DNA from: Nitrospinota bacterium
GTDB taxonomy: Bacteria > UBA8248
Direction of reading: 5' to 3'
DNA length: 64,000 nucleotides
Assembly: GCA_046581755.1 (NCBI GenBank)
Contig: JAYGFR010000031.1
Location: 5,671-69,670 of the forward strand
Positions 18,341-28,093 of the stretch are shown in pieces (the first letter of the stretch is position 1; each line of letters opens with the position of its first letter). The notes beneath the pieces are model-generated. The model ran no database searches and was not told where the DNA came from. It saw only the letters and a list, made by a program, of their open reading frames with translations. Position numbers and translations under genes: made by a program.

Positions 18341-19078
18341 CTATCTTCCCGGCGCATGAAGAATGCGCGTTTTTTTCTTCAGCGTCCTGAGCATCAGGTA
18401 GACGATCAGGCTGAGGGAGAAAATAACAGCCCAGCCCGTATCGATAACGAATTCTTTTTTCACGGTCCAATCGCCGATGGCCTGGAACAGGGTCATCACC
18501 GCGATCACGCAGAAAAACCCCGAATACTCTCTCCGCAGGACCGTCCTCGCCGAGAAAGGAAACGAGGGTTTCTCCCAGTTCGAAAATCTGGGGAAAATAA
18601 CCGGTGTCCGCTCCGTCCAGCGGAGATATTCATCCCCGAATTTTTCGCGCAAAAACTCTTCCTCCCGCAAGATGATCCGCTCGTAGTAAATCCAGAAAAA
18701 CATCGCGAGCAACACCAACGTGAGGGGCGATTGCAAGAAGAGAAGCAGGCCCGAGACCATAACGAAGTTTCCCAGATAAAGCGGGTTCCGGCAGAGGGAG
18801 TACATGCCGGTGGTGTTGAGCTGGCTGGCCTTTTGATTTTTCGTGATTCGGCCCGAGGTTCCGGCCGGGGCGTGTCCGACGCTGAGCGCCCGGATGGCCA
18901 GGCCGGACAGGGAAACCGCCAGGCAGACGATTTCGAGAACGCCGGCCCAGAACTCCGAGTTCATCGGAAAGCGGTAATGGCGGAACTCGTAGAGGACCAC
19001 CGGAACGATCGCCAGGGGGAGGTAGCCCCTCCAGCGGAAAAGCCAGTCGCCTTGTCTGACCATATCCTCTTTCAGCAT
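18341..19078 (-). CDS. Isoprenylcysteine-carboxyl-methyltransferase / phospholipid-methyltransferase-family membrane protein
   Basis: CRNPLYLG motif. The start was re-set to Met64 (ATG 19078-19076). Confidence 0.65.
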   Translation of the reverse strand: MLKEDMVRQGDWLFRWRGYLPLAIVPVVLYEFRHYRFPMNSEFWAGVLEIVCLAVSLSGLAIRALSVGHAPAGTSGRITKNQKASQLNTTGMYSLCRNPLYLGNFVMVSGLLLFLQSPLTLVLLAMFFWIYYERIILREEEFLREKFGDEYLRWTERTPVIFPRFSNWEKPSFPFSARTVLRREYSGFFCVIAVMTLFQAIGDWTVKKEFVIDTGWAVIFSLSLIVYLMLRTLKKKTRILHAPGR

Positions 19079-19157
19079 GGCACCACGGCTTTCGAGTTCA
19101 AGAGACATTCGGCGTCCAACGAAAAATTTCCATAACCCGCGCGGCCCGGCGCGCCGC

Positions 19158-19964
19158 CTACTCTTCCATTCTGGCCCGGTCCGCCTCCCACCCCCCGGGG
19201 GCGAGGCCGTCCTCGGCGAGATATGCGTAGTAGCGCCGGAGGCCCTCTTCCTCATCCGCCCCCACATCGTAGCGGATACAGTTCGTCAGGTAATCCCTCG
19301 CCGTGGCCTCGTCGATATAGGGCAGCTCCCGGGCGGCCCGGGCGATGATCTCATCCAGGCGGCGGACGCCCTCTTCCTTCGCCTCCCGGAGCAGGCGGCA
19401 GGCCCCGGCGTCTCCGGCCCTCGGCCGGAACAACCAGACCGCATAGAGAAACGGCAGGCCGGTGAACTCCGTCCACACCCCGCCCAGGTCGATGAGGTCG
19501 AGGCCGCCCGCCTCCTCGCGCAGGGCGTTGTCGCCGATGAGGAGGAAGGCATCGAGAGATTTGTCTTCGCGCGGCGGGCGCCGGGGATCGATGGACACGA
19601 ATTCGGGCGCGGCGCCCCATTTCCGGGAGATGATGACACGCGCCATGTTGGCGGCCGAAAGGGACCAGGCGTCCAGGCCGACGCGCCGGAGCTCCCCGGG
19701 CGGCTTCCGGCAGAACAGGCGGATGCTCTTCACCCGCCCCCGGCTGGCAATCCCCACGCCGGGCACATAGCGGGCCCCGGGCAGATGAAACATCGCGAAG
19801 GAGGAAACCAGCGCGGCATCCACCCCGCCCTCCTCGAGCAGGGGCAACAGCCGCGCGGGGGGCTCGGCGCGGAGTTCCACCTCCGCCCGGTTTTCGAGGG
19901 CGAGAGTGAGAGGAACCGCGTTGAGGAAGGGAACCGTACCGAGCTTCAGGCCTTGACCGCCCAT
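19158..19964 (-). CDS. mqnA: Chorismate dehydratase MqnA (futalosine pathway)
   Basis: 268 aa with an N-terminal LGTVPFLNAVPL motif of the MqnA/MqnD family. Confidence 0.65.
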   Translation of the reverse strand: MGGQGLKLGTVPFLNAVPLTLALENRAEVELRAEPPARLLPLLEEGGVDAALVSSFAMFHLPGARYVPGVGIASRGRVKSIRLFCRKPPGELRRVGLDAWSLSAANMARVIISRKWGAAPEFVSIDPRRPPREDKSLDAFLLIGDNALREEAGGLDLIDLGGVWTEFTGLPFLYAVWLFRPRAGDAGACRLLREAKEEGVRRLDEIIARAARELPYIDEATARDYLTNCIRYDVGADEEEGLRRYYAYLAEDGLAPGGWEADRARMEE

Positions 19965-21094
19965 GTATCTCCCAGGCGCTTCACCTCGCGGTAGAGCGTG
20001 TCGCGCTCGACGGGCCTGCGGCCCACCTCTTCGATGATGCGGCGAATCTCGTCCACGCCGATTTCCTGCGGCGTCTGGGCGCCGGCCATGTGATAGATCT
20101 TCTCCTGGACGACGGTTCCGTCGATATCGTCCACCCCGAAGCGCTGGCTGATCTGCGCGATGGGCACACCGACCATGATCCAGTAGGCCTTGATGTGATC
20201 GATGTTGTCGAGAAGGAGCCGGGCGGCGGCGTAGTTGCGGATATCGAGCAGCCCGCCCGGGCCGGGCACGTCCGCCATTTGCGAATTATCCGGGTGAAAG
20301 GCGAGCGGGATGAACGTCGTGAAGCCGCCCGTCTCGTCCTGAAGCTCGCGGAGCCGCAGCATGTGGTCCACCCGGTCCTCGTCGGTTTCGACGTGGCCGT
20401 AGAGCATGGTGCAGGAGCTCCGGAGGCCCATGCCGTGGGCGATGCGGTGGACATCGAGCCAATCCTCGGCGGATTGTTTTCCCTTGCAGATGACAGAGCG
20501 CGTGGGCTCGGCGAAAATCTCCGCCCCACCACCCGTGAGCGAGCCCAGCCCCGCCCGCACCAGCGCCCCCAGCGTCTCCTCGACGCTCATCTTCGCGACA
20601 TGGTCCGCCAGCCAGCGGATCTCGGTGGAGGTGAAGATTTTGAGGTGGAGATGGGGGTGAATCTCCTTGATGCCGTGGATCATCTCCAGGTAGTAATCGA
20701 AGGGAAGGTCCGGGTGCAACCCGCCCACCATGTGAAACTCGGTGCGCCCCTTGCCGAGGCCCTCGGCCATCTTGAATATTTCTTCGAGCGAGTAGGCGTA
20801 GGCGCCCTCCTGGCCCTCTTTTCTGGCGAACGCGCAGAACTTGCACGCCTTCCAGAGAACGCAGACGTTCGAGTAATTGATGTGGCTGTTGACGTTGTAG
20901 TAGGTGGCGTCCCCGTGCATGCGCTCTCGCACGAGGTTCGCCATGTGGCCGAGGCCGGCGATGTCATCCGTCCGGTAGAGGCGCACCCCCTCCTCGAACG
21001 AGAGCCGCTCGCCCGCCTCCACCTTCTCGAAAATATCCGCCAACGGCCCGCGCCGGAGCCGCCGGGCCATGAATGTTTCAGTCATCGAACCCAC
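19946..21094 (-). CDS. Radical-SAM MqnE/MqnC-family enzyme (aminofutalosine synthase or cyclic dehypoxanthinyl-futalosine synthase)
   Basis: 382 aa with …NYSNVCVLWKACKFCAF…. It overlaps the mqnA start by 19 nt. Confidence 0.8.
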   Translation of the reverse strand: MGSMTETFMARRLRRGPLADIFEKVEAGERLSFEEGVRLYRTDDIAGLGHMANLVRERMHGDATYYNVNSHINYSNVCVLWKACKFCAFARKEGQEGAYAYSLEEIFKMAEGLGKGRTEFHMVGGLHPDLPFDYYLEMIHGIKEIHPHLHLKIFTSTEIRWLADHVAKMSVEETLGALVRAGLGSLTGGGAEIFAEPTRSVICKGKQSAEDWLDVHRIAHGMGLRSSCTMLYGHVETDEDRVDHMLRLRELQDETGGFTTFIPLAFHPDNSQMADVPGPGGLLDIRNYAAARLLLDNIDHIKAYWIMVGVPIAQISQRFGVDDIDGTVVQEKIYHMAGAQTPQEIGVDEIRRIIEEVGRRPVERDTLYREVKRLGDTWAVKA

Positions 21095-21246
21095 TCAGCC
21101 AAAGCCCCCGAAACCCCCAAGAGGCGGGTTTTTGAACCTACCGGACAACCCGGCAAGTGTCGTATCTAGAAAGGGGGGGTGTCAATGCAGGCCCGGCCTT
21201 GCAGGCATCCCTTGCTCCCCCGGCCCGACAGGGAGCCCGGTGCCCC

Positions 21247-21453
21247 CTACCCCCCGAAAATATCGCGCGGGTGTTTTTCGCTCAGCATCGCCTCGTTGAT
21301 CATCCAGTTCTCCCGGGGCACGTCCTCGAACATCACCCAGACGGCCTCGGGGGGCGCGGCGGTGTTGTGCATGATGACTTCGTGGATCTCGCTGGCGATT
21401 TGTTTTTTCGTCTCCGGCGAAAGGCCGAAGGCAGATACGCGGACCAGGGGCAT
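21247..21453 (-). CDS. 4-oxalocrotonate tautomerase-family protein
   Basis: 68 aa beginning MPLVRV (Pro1 catalytic residue). Confidence 0.65.
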   Translation of the reverse strand: MPLVRVSAFGLSPETKKQIASEIHEVIMHNTAAPPEAVWVMFEDVPRENWMINEAMLSEKHPRDIFGG

Positions 21454-21501
21454 AGGAGAATCTCCTTTCAGGAATGGGAGAGCGTTTCCGGCGGGCGGCC
21501 T

Positions 21502-22305
21502 CTAGGCCGCGCCTTCGTTCTCCCTCAAAAACGCGTCCACGGCGGCATTCCAGCCCTCGGGGTTTCGCCGGTAGGAGTTGTGCCCGCCGGTTTCGAGGAG
21601 ATGGAGGCTGGAGCCCTCGATCATGGCGCTCAAGTCTTCGGCGAAATAGGGCGGGGTGAGCGGATCGTCCTTGGCGGCGACGATGAGCGCCTTGTGGGCG
21701 ATATTGGGGATTTCGTCCAGGCGGTCGTGCGCCAGGGTCATGTCGATCCGGGCGGTGAGGATATCGGGATCGGCGATGGTTTCTTTCTGGCGCTTTTCGA
21801 GGTCGAGCAGGATTTCGAGATCGTTGCGGAACATGGCGGGCCCGCCCGTCCAGATGGAGCTGGCCTCGATATAGGCCTCTTGGCCGTAGGCATGGAGGAT
21901 TCGCCGCCGGGCGATCTGGAGGCGGGTCATATACTCGTCCGCGCGGGTCCAGGTATTGGTGAAAACGGCCAGCCCGACGCGATCGGGATGGTCGAGGCAA
22001 AGATTCTGGAGAATGCAGCCGCCGGTCGAGGCCCCCGCGATGTGCGCCCGCTCGATTCCCAGATGGTCGAGCAGGGCGGCCGCGTCTTCGGTGATCTGTG
22101 CGGTGGTGTATCCCTCCTTGGGCTTATCGCTCTCGCCCGAGCCGCGGTGATCGAACGAGATGCACCGGTAGCGCCCGGAGAAATAGGGGAACTGGAACTC
22201 CCACATTTTCGAGAGCCCGATGAGGCCCGGAATGAAAAGAAGGGCCTCGCCCTCGCCTTCTTCGATATAGTGAATTTGAACGTCTTTCGCCTGGAATCGA
22301 GGCAT
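21502..22305 (-). CDS. Alpha/beta-fold hydrolase
   Basis: 267 aa with a GASTGG nucleophile elbow and HGSGES region. Confidence 0.8.
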   Translation of the reverse strand: MPRFQAKDVQIHYIEEGEGEALLFIPGLIGLSKMWEFQFPYFSGRYRCISFDHRGSGESDKPKEGYTTAQITEDAAALLDHLGIERAHIAGASTGGCILQNLCLDHPDRVGLAVFTNTWTRADEYMTRLQIARRRILHAYGQEAYIEASSIWTGGPAMFRNDLEILLDLEKRQKETIADPDILTARIDMTLAHDRLDEIPNIAHKALIVAAKDDPLTPPYFAEDLSAMIEGSSLHLLETGGHNSYRRNPEGWNAAVDAFLRENEGAA

Positions 22306-22478
22306 CGTCTCTCCTCAAAAAATGCGTCACTAAAAAAATGCGTAACTCCCCTCCGGCGCGTCCCGGGCGAAGCGGCGTCTCCGGGGGATCAACCTGCCCT
22401 GATTGGCGAATGGTTCGGAAAAGCGGCGGGGCCGCCGGGGATGGACAAGCCGCCCGCACAGGGGCATCCGCTACGGGG

Positions 22479-22715
22479 CTATCTCTCGTCCCTGTCCATT
22501 TCTTTGACGAGCAGATTTTTGTCCTTCTTGTCGCCCGGATAGGCCGGGGATCGTTCGTGCCCCATCCGGCCGAAGGCCCGGCCCAAAATGCGGTGGGCCG
22601 CGCTCTCCTCGCTGTGCTTGGGCAGAGGAGGCTGCGCTTTTTTCTTCCCGGGTTTTTCGGACATCTCAACAGACCTCAAATGATCGATTGCCTTCCGGCT
22701 GCCCGCCGGGCTCAA
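22479..22715 (-). CDS. Small basic hypothetical protein
   Basis: 78-aa ORF with no recognisable family. Confidence 0.2.
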   Translation of the reverse strand: MSPAGSRKAIDHLRSVEMSEKPGKKKAQPPLPKHSEESAAHRILGRAFGRMGHERSPAYPGDKKDKNLLVKEMDRDER

Positions 22716-22718
22716 GCG

Positions 22719-24161
22719 CTACGAATCCATCTTATCGGAGGTTCTTCTTCCCTTACTGACTCTCCGCTCTTCTTCGATCGTTCTCCGCTCATTTCCGTAC
22801 CTGCGCCAAGCCCTTCGCCGGTCAATTTTGAAGGAGGATCGCATCAGCCAGCCCCGGACGCGCGATCGGAGGCCGGAGACGGCGAATTCTTTCGTCATGT
22901 AGTCGGTCGCCCCCGCCGCGAAGCACTCCAGGACATCGTTCTGCTCAAACCGCTTTCCGGTGACAACGATGATGGCCACGTCGTTTAGGTCGGGATTCTC
23001 ATTCCCCCGGATGGCCCGGCAGACGTCGAGTCCGTGCATTCCGGGAAGCTCCAAGTCCAGGAGGATCAGGTCCGGCAGCTCATCGCATGCGACCTTCACC
23101 GCCTCCTTCCCATCGTAGGCATGGAGAAACCTGATTCCTTCTTCTTCCTGAAGGGTGGCTTCCAGGAGCCGGTTCATTTGGCGATCGTCGTCCACGATGA
23201 GAACTTTCTTTTCCCGCTCCGGCGACGATCCCGCGAGCAGGGCGGAATCTTTTTTTGAAACGACCGGAATCTTGGCCTTGGGATCCTCGGCCAGTTCGAT
23301 GACCAGATTGTCCTCCGCCGCGAACACCTCGGGAACGAATTCGGCCCCGTTCGCCCTTTGCCGGGCCTTTTCGACCAACTCGTCCATCTCCTCGTCGTTT
23401 CGAAGCGGGTCGTGGTGGAAAAGCGCCAGCCGCTTGGCGCGGGCGGCAATGGCATAGTCCACCACTTTTTCATAGGGCGAGTGGCCCCAGCCCACCTTGG
23501 AGGAATATTCCTCGAGGGTGTATTGCGCATCGTGGATGATCAGATCGGCACCTTCCATGAATTTAACGTGGTCCTGGTCTTCATGATGAATGGGAAATAC
23601 GCCGATCTCGGAGCCCATCGAATGAAGCGAGTGGGGTTCATGGTCCGGAATGTAGACGATTTTCACCCCTCCGGTTTCGAGGGCATAACACAAAGTGAGA
23701 GAGGGATGATTTGTGTAGCATGCGGAAACATGCACGCCATCGACATCGAAAACCCCCTCGCCCAGGTCCATGAACTTCACCGTCGCGCCGAGCGAATCGA
23801 GATTGACGGGAAAATAGCTGTAGATCATCTGTCCCGAGAGGGTATTGCTCAACTCTTGGCCCATTCTCCTGGGCCCGTATATGTTCACCTCGTTTCCGGG
23901 AACGAAAAGAGGGGCGAAAAACGGGAAACCCTGGATGTGATCCCAATGGGTATGGGTGATCAGGAGGTTGGCTTTTATCGGATTCTCGCCCGATCTCATC
24001 ATCTCCTGACCCAGGTCGTGAATTCCCGTCCCGCAGTCGAAAATGATGCGCCTTCCATCATCCATCAGGACCTGCACGCAGGACGTATTTCCGCCATACC
24101 GAAGCGTGCTCAGACCCGGTTTCGCCAATGAACCGCGAACCCCCCAAAAACGAACTTGCAC
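22719..24161 (-). CDS. MBL-fold metallo-hydrolase fused to a C-terminal response-regulator receiver domain
   Basis: 480 aa. It has an N-terminal HxHxDH motif (THTHWDHIQG) and a C-terminal receiver (…VLIVDDD…DLILLDLELPGMHG…). Confidence 0.75.
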   Translation of the reverse strand: MQVRFWGVRGSLAKPGLSTLRYGGNTSCVQVLMDDGRRIIFDCGTGIHDLGQEMMRSGENPIKANLLITHTHWDHIQGFPFFAPLFVPGNEVNIYGPRRMGQELSNTLSGQMIYSYFPVNLDSLGATVKFMDLGEGVFDVDGVHVSACYTNHPSLTLCYALETGGVKIVYIPDHEPHSLHSMGSEIGVFPIHHEDQDHVKFMEGADLIIHDAQYTLEEYSSKVGWGHSPYEKVVDYAIAARAKRLALFHHDPLRNDEEMDELVEKARQRANGAEFVPEVFAAEDNLVIELAEDPKAKIPVVSKKDSALLAGSSPEREKKVLIVDDDRQMNRLLEATLQEEEGIRFLHAYDGKEAVKVACDELPDLILLDLELPGMHGLDVCRAIRGNENPDLNDVAIIVVTGKRFEQNDVLECFAAGATDYMTKEFAVSGLRSRVRGWLMRSSFKIDRRRAWRRYGNERRTIEEERRVSKGRRTSDKMDS

Positions 24162-24392
24162 GTTTCCTCCCTTCCCCCCGCCCCGCGCGAGGAGAGGTGC
24201 ATGGAAATCCGGCAGGAGGCGGAGAGCCCATCACAACCCGAGGGACCGGATATCGGATTTTTCGAACCGGAACCCGCGAACATTAAAAAATTCAAAGGCT
24301 ACCGGACAAAACCCATATATTGGATAAGCTTACCGATTCCTTGTCCCGAATTGCAATGGCGAATCGGCAAACCTGGCATAGGTTAATATGCC

Positions 24393-25502
24393 CTATAATC
24401 TTAATTTCAATTGCTCCCCGATGGCCATGAGACGGATTTTATCCATACCTCCACCCGATTCCGATATGACGCGCCTGAGCACGGCCGGGGCCGCGTCCAC
24501 GGGTTCGTCCGTCAGATCGAATGTCCCCCAATGCATCGGCACCATCCACCTAGCGCGAAGCTCCTTGAACGCCCGGTAGGCCTCGGATGGATTCATATGG
24601 GCGTATCGCATGAACCAGCGGGGCTCATAGGCGCCGATGGGCAGCATGGCCACGTCGATGGGGCCGAATTTTTTTCCGAACTCGGCAAACCCGTGAAAAT
24701 AACCCGAATCACCGCCGAAAAAGTATTTTCGCCTGTCCGACTCGATGAGCCAGGCGCACCAAAGAGATCCATTCCGGGGCATCCAAAAACGGTTGGACCA
24801 GTGTTGGACGGGCAGGCAGGTGATTTTCCATTTTCCCCGCCGCGCGCTTTGCCACCAGTCCATCTCCTTGACCCGGCGGCCGCGCTCGCGGAACCATTTT
24901 CCCAGTCCCCGGGGAACATACCACTGGACGCTTTCAGGAAGCGTCTTCACCGTCCACTCGTCCATATGGTCGTAGTGGTTGTGAGAGAGGACGCAAAACG
25001 CGTCCCCTGGAATACGCTCCACCGGAAGCCCGGGCGGATGAACACGGTCGTACAACAGCGCGCGTTCGCCGAAATGGGGGTCCGTCACGAAGGTATCGGC
25101 CCCCTCCTTTACGACGAATGTACAGTGGCCCACCCAGGCAATCGACGCCGATGGCTCGGGCTTCGAAAGATAGGCCCCATCGTTTTCCGTCCGGGCAACG
25201 CGGGGAGACCGGGATTTTTCCGCCAGGTAGGGATTCCGGTAGTAAAACTTCCACTTCAAAAAAGCCCCGAACCGGTTGGGGCTCGGCCACCAGGGATTGA
25301 ACCAGGCCCCTTCTTTTTCGTGGGGCCAATAAAGCGATTCCGCCGAGCGCGATACGAGCCCCTGGGCCTCGGGCCGGGGGAGTTCCGTGGGGGAAGGCGG
25401 CTCAAACCCGATGCGCCCGCAACCGGTCAAGACGCCAGCCGCCGCCAGGGACCAAGAGCCCGCCGTTTTGAAAAAAACCCGCCTGCCCATTTTCTTTTCC
25501 AT
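24393..25502 (-). CDS. MBL-fold hydrolase (NAPE-PLD-like) with a twin-arginine signal
   Basis: A Tat motif RRVFFK lies near the N-terminus. The HNHYDH metal-binding motif is present. The start could be 25526 or 25502. Confidence 0.7.
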   Translation of the reverse strand: MEKKMGRRVFFKTAGSWSLAAAGVLTGCGRIGFEPPSPTELPRPEAQGLVSRSAESLYWPHEKEGAWFNPWWPSPNRFGAFLKWKFYYRNPYLAEKSRSPRVARTENDGAYLSKPEPSASIAWVGHCTFVVKEGADTFVTDPHFGERALLYDRVHPPGLPVERIPGDAFCVLSHNHYDHMDEWTVKTLPESVQWYVPRGLGKWFRERGRRVKEMDWWQSARRGKWKITCLPVQHWSNRFWMPRNGSLWCAWLIESDRRKYFFGGDSGYFHGFAEFGKKFGPIDVAMLPIGAYEPRWFMRYAHMNPSEAYRAFKELRARWMVPMHWGTFDLTDEPVDAAPAVLRRVISESGGGMDKIRLMAIGEQLKLRL

Positions 25503-25678
25503 CCCGAAACCGCGCCTCCGGCTCATGATAATTTGTCCGGCGCCCAGGCCACATACATATGATAGAATTCATCTTATATCTTTTCGAAATAGAAAACGGA
25601 AAAATTTTCCGCACGAACCGATGGCTCCCGGCCCGAAAATATTCGCTCCCGGCCGCGCCGGGAAAGTAGGGGAGAGGA

Positions 25679-27187
25679 ATGAGAGAACCACCCGAAAAAT
25701 GGGGCCGGGCCTTCATCCTGACGGCGGCTGTCCTCTTCCTGGGATGGAGCGGACTGGCGCCGGCAATGGGCGCGGCCTCCCCGTCCACCCAAATGGTGAA
25801 CATCGAGACCGCCCGGCCCGCCGATGCCTATATCGCCGGATACGCCATGGCCATCATCTTGCGCGAATTCAACCTTAAGGGCGTCACCCTCACCGTCGAG
25901 GGCGGAAACGTCATCCTCATCACGGGGAGACACCGGGGGGATGCGATTCGCCGGGTGGCGGCTGCCGTATTCAAACTGCCCTCGGTCAGGAGCGTCAGCA
26001 TCCGCGAACGCCTGGCGCTCGGCCCAAAGCCCAAGGGCCGCCCGGAACCGGACCGCATCTCCTGGTCTCGTCCCATCAAAAGAGGAAAATTCACCATCCA
26101 CCTCCGGGAAGATGTCTCCGGGGCGGCGGCTCTTGCGCTAAAAATTCTCTCCTCTCCCGGAGCGGACTCCCGGGACAGAATCTACCGAATGGCCAAGAAA
26201 AAGCTTTCGGGGATCGATGGCCTCACGCTCGTTGCGGTGGAGGAGAGTATATTCACGCGGGACTCCGGGACCGCCTCCGCTCCCCCCGAAGAGGAGCCGA
26301 AAAAAGTGGTCCGGGTGAAATCTCCGGATACGGGTTCACGATTTTTCCCGAAAGGAGACCTGTTCAAGCCCCTGATCGCCGATCCGCGCTGGCCCCATTT
26401 TTCCGTCGTCTATCAGAGCTATATCGACGATCCGGTCCGCTCGGTCGAAAACAAATTCGTCAGCACAGCGATTGCGGTGAGTTTCGGGGAAACCCTGCCC
26501 ATCTACCGGCAGCAGCTCTCTCCCGACTTCGCGTGGGAAATTGGCTTTCACGCCGCCGTGTTCGGGCTCTTCGACCTGGAGGGAGAGTCCTTCGATCTCA
26601 TCAACACGGATTTCTGGGTGGCCCCGATAGCGATCGGGATCCGTCTCGGAAACATCACAAGCCTGTTTCGCTTCTACCATCAATCCTCCCACTTGGGAGA
26701 CGAATTTATCCTCCGCGACCCCAACATCAGCGAATTCGCGCTCCGGGATCCGGCCAAGGATCGCGTCAACCTAAGCTACTGGGCGTTCAACCTGCTCCTG
26801 TCCTATGACATCGACGAGAACTTCCGCGTCTATGTGGGCGGAGAGCATATGATCGACAAAGGCGGGTTCTTTTTCGAAAAAGACCCATCCGATTTGGAAG
26901 AGGTCTCGGTTCAATACGGCATCGAATACCGCGGGCTGCCGCTTTCCATCCTGAAATGGGACAAACTCGAGGGAAGGATCATCACCGGTATGGACATCAA
27001 GAACCAGGAAGAATCCGACTGGGAGGCCAACCTCTCCATCCGGGGGGGGGTCCAGTTCGAGGATCCGAACTTTCCCCACTCCCAGTACCAGATCATCCTC
27101 GAATACTTTACCGGGCGATCTCCGAATGGGCAGTTCTACAAACGGAACATCGAGTATTTCGGCTTCGGCGTTCAGGGGTTCTTTTAA
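25679..27187 (+). CDS. Secreted/outer-membrane protein: signal peptide, BON-like N-terminal region, beta-rich C-terminal domain ending in Phe (DUF1207-like)
   Basis: 502 aa. It has an N-terminal hydrophobic signal, and the C-terminal residue is F. The beta-strand-rich C-terminal half supports this call. The family name is uncertain. Confidence 0.4.
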   Translation: MREPPEKWGRAFILTAAVLFLGWSGLAPAMGAASPSTQMVNIETARPADAYIAGYAMAIILREFNLKGVTLTVEGGNVILITGRHRGDAIRRVAAAVFKLPSVRSVSIRERLALGPKPKGRPEPDRISWSRPIKRGKFTIHLREDVSGAAALALKILSSPGADSRDRIYRMAKKKLSGIDGLTLVAVEESIFTRDSGTASAPPEEEPKKVVRVKSPDTGSRFFPKGDLFKPLIADPRWPHFSVVYQSYIDDPVRSVENKFVSTAIAVSFGETLPIYRQQLSPDFAWEIGFHAAVFGLFDLEGESFDLINTDFWVAPIAIGIRLGNITSLFRFYHQSSHLGDEFILRDPNISEFALRDPAKDRVNLSYWAFNLLLSYDIDENFRVYVGGEHMIDKGGFFFEKDPSDLEEVSVQYGIEYRGLPLSILKWDKLEGRIITGMDIKNQEESDWEANLSIRGGVQFEDPNFPHSQYQIILEYFTGRSPNGQFYKRNIEYFGFGVQGFF

Positions 27188-27229
27188 AGCCGGGCCGCCT
27201 CCGTGCCCACCCCCCCGCCGCCCGGCCCG

Positions 27230-28093
27230 CTATTTCGCCGCGGCCCTGGCTTCTTCCTCTTCCTTCATCCGTTTCAGGAACACGGGCGCGGGAGTGTCCG
27301 GGCGCCACTTGGTCTGATCCGGAGGCTCGGGCCACTCATAGGGAAGATGGACATACGTATTCGGCCCCTTCGCCGATTCGAGCAAATCGGCCATGCCGCC
27401 GCAGATTCTCCGCTGCCCCTCGCGGTCGCCCACATCTCCAATCTGGCGGCCGAAGGGATACTGGATAAACGCGGCGCGCGGGACGGCGACCTTCTCCGTC
27501 ATCCCGGGCACGTTGCTGAGAGAAACCGTGGCGATTCCCGCCCTTTCGATTTCGCGCTGAAGCAGTCCGCCGGACCGGATGCAAAGCGGTCAGACGGGAA
27601 TGAGAAAAACCGCATCCACCTTCTCGGACTTCATTTTTTCGACCATCAGCGGCGCCGTGCGCTTGATCAGCGGGTTGAAGTTGGGGATGTAGCCCATGAT
27701 GGAATAGAGCGTATCGGCGAGGCTCCCGATTTTTCCCTCGCTCTCGTAGTCGTTGAAAATGTCCACCGGCCAGGCCACGTTCCGGTCCTTGGCCATAAAG
27801 CTCGTGTCGATGTGCAGATGGCTGTACTCCACATCGTCCTGGCCCGCCGTTCGCGGAATCTCTCGGTGGCTGGGGTCGCCCCAGGTCGGCTCGGCCCGCT
27901 CACGATCATAGTCGAACGACACATCCCCTTTCGCAAAGATTCCGGCCGTGGAAACCAGCGTCACGCGGCATTCCGAAAGCGGCTTGGAGAGCGGCGTCCA
28001 GGGCGTTTCCGCCGGGTCGTTGGCCCGCATTTGCTCGATACGATCCTTTTGCCCGGGGTGAAAAAACAAACTGTCGACTTTCGTGATCGCCAT
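27230..28093 (-). CDS. Glycine/sarcosine/betaine/D-proline-reductase protein-B (GrdB/PrdB) family selenoprotein, with Sec at TGA 27592-27590
   Basis: Track ORFs 27590..28177 and 27230..27511 are in the same frame. Hand translation across the gap gives …EKVDAVFLIPV-U-PLC-IRSGGLLQREIERAGIATVSLSNV…. This contains the U-x-x-C motif followed by the RSxxxxQRxIExAGI segment, as in PrdB (…TAGUGTCHRSAVIVQRAIEEAGIPT…). The start is at Met29 (ATG 28093, RBS AAGGAGA). 287 aa. Confidence 0.75.
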
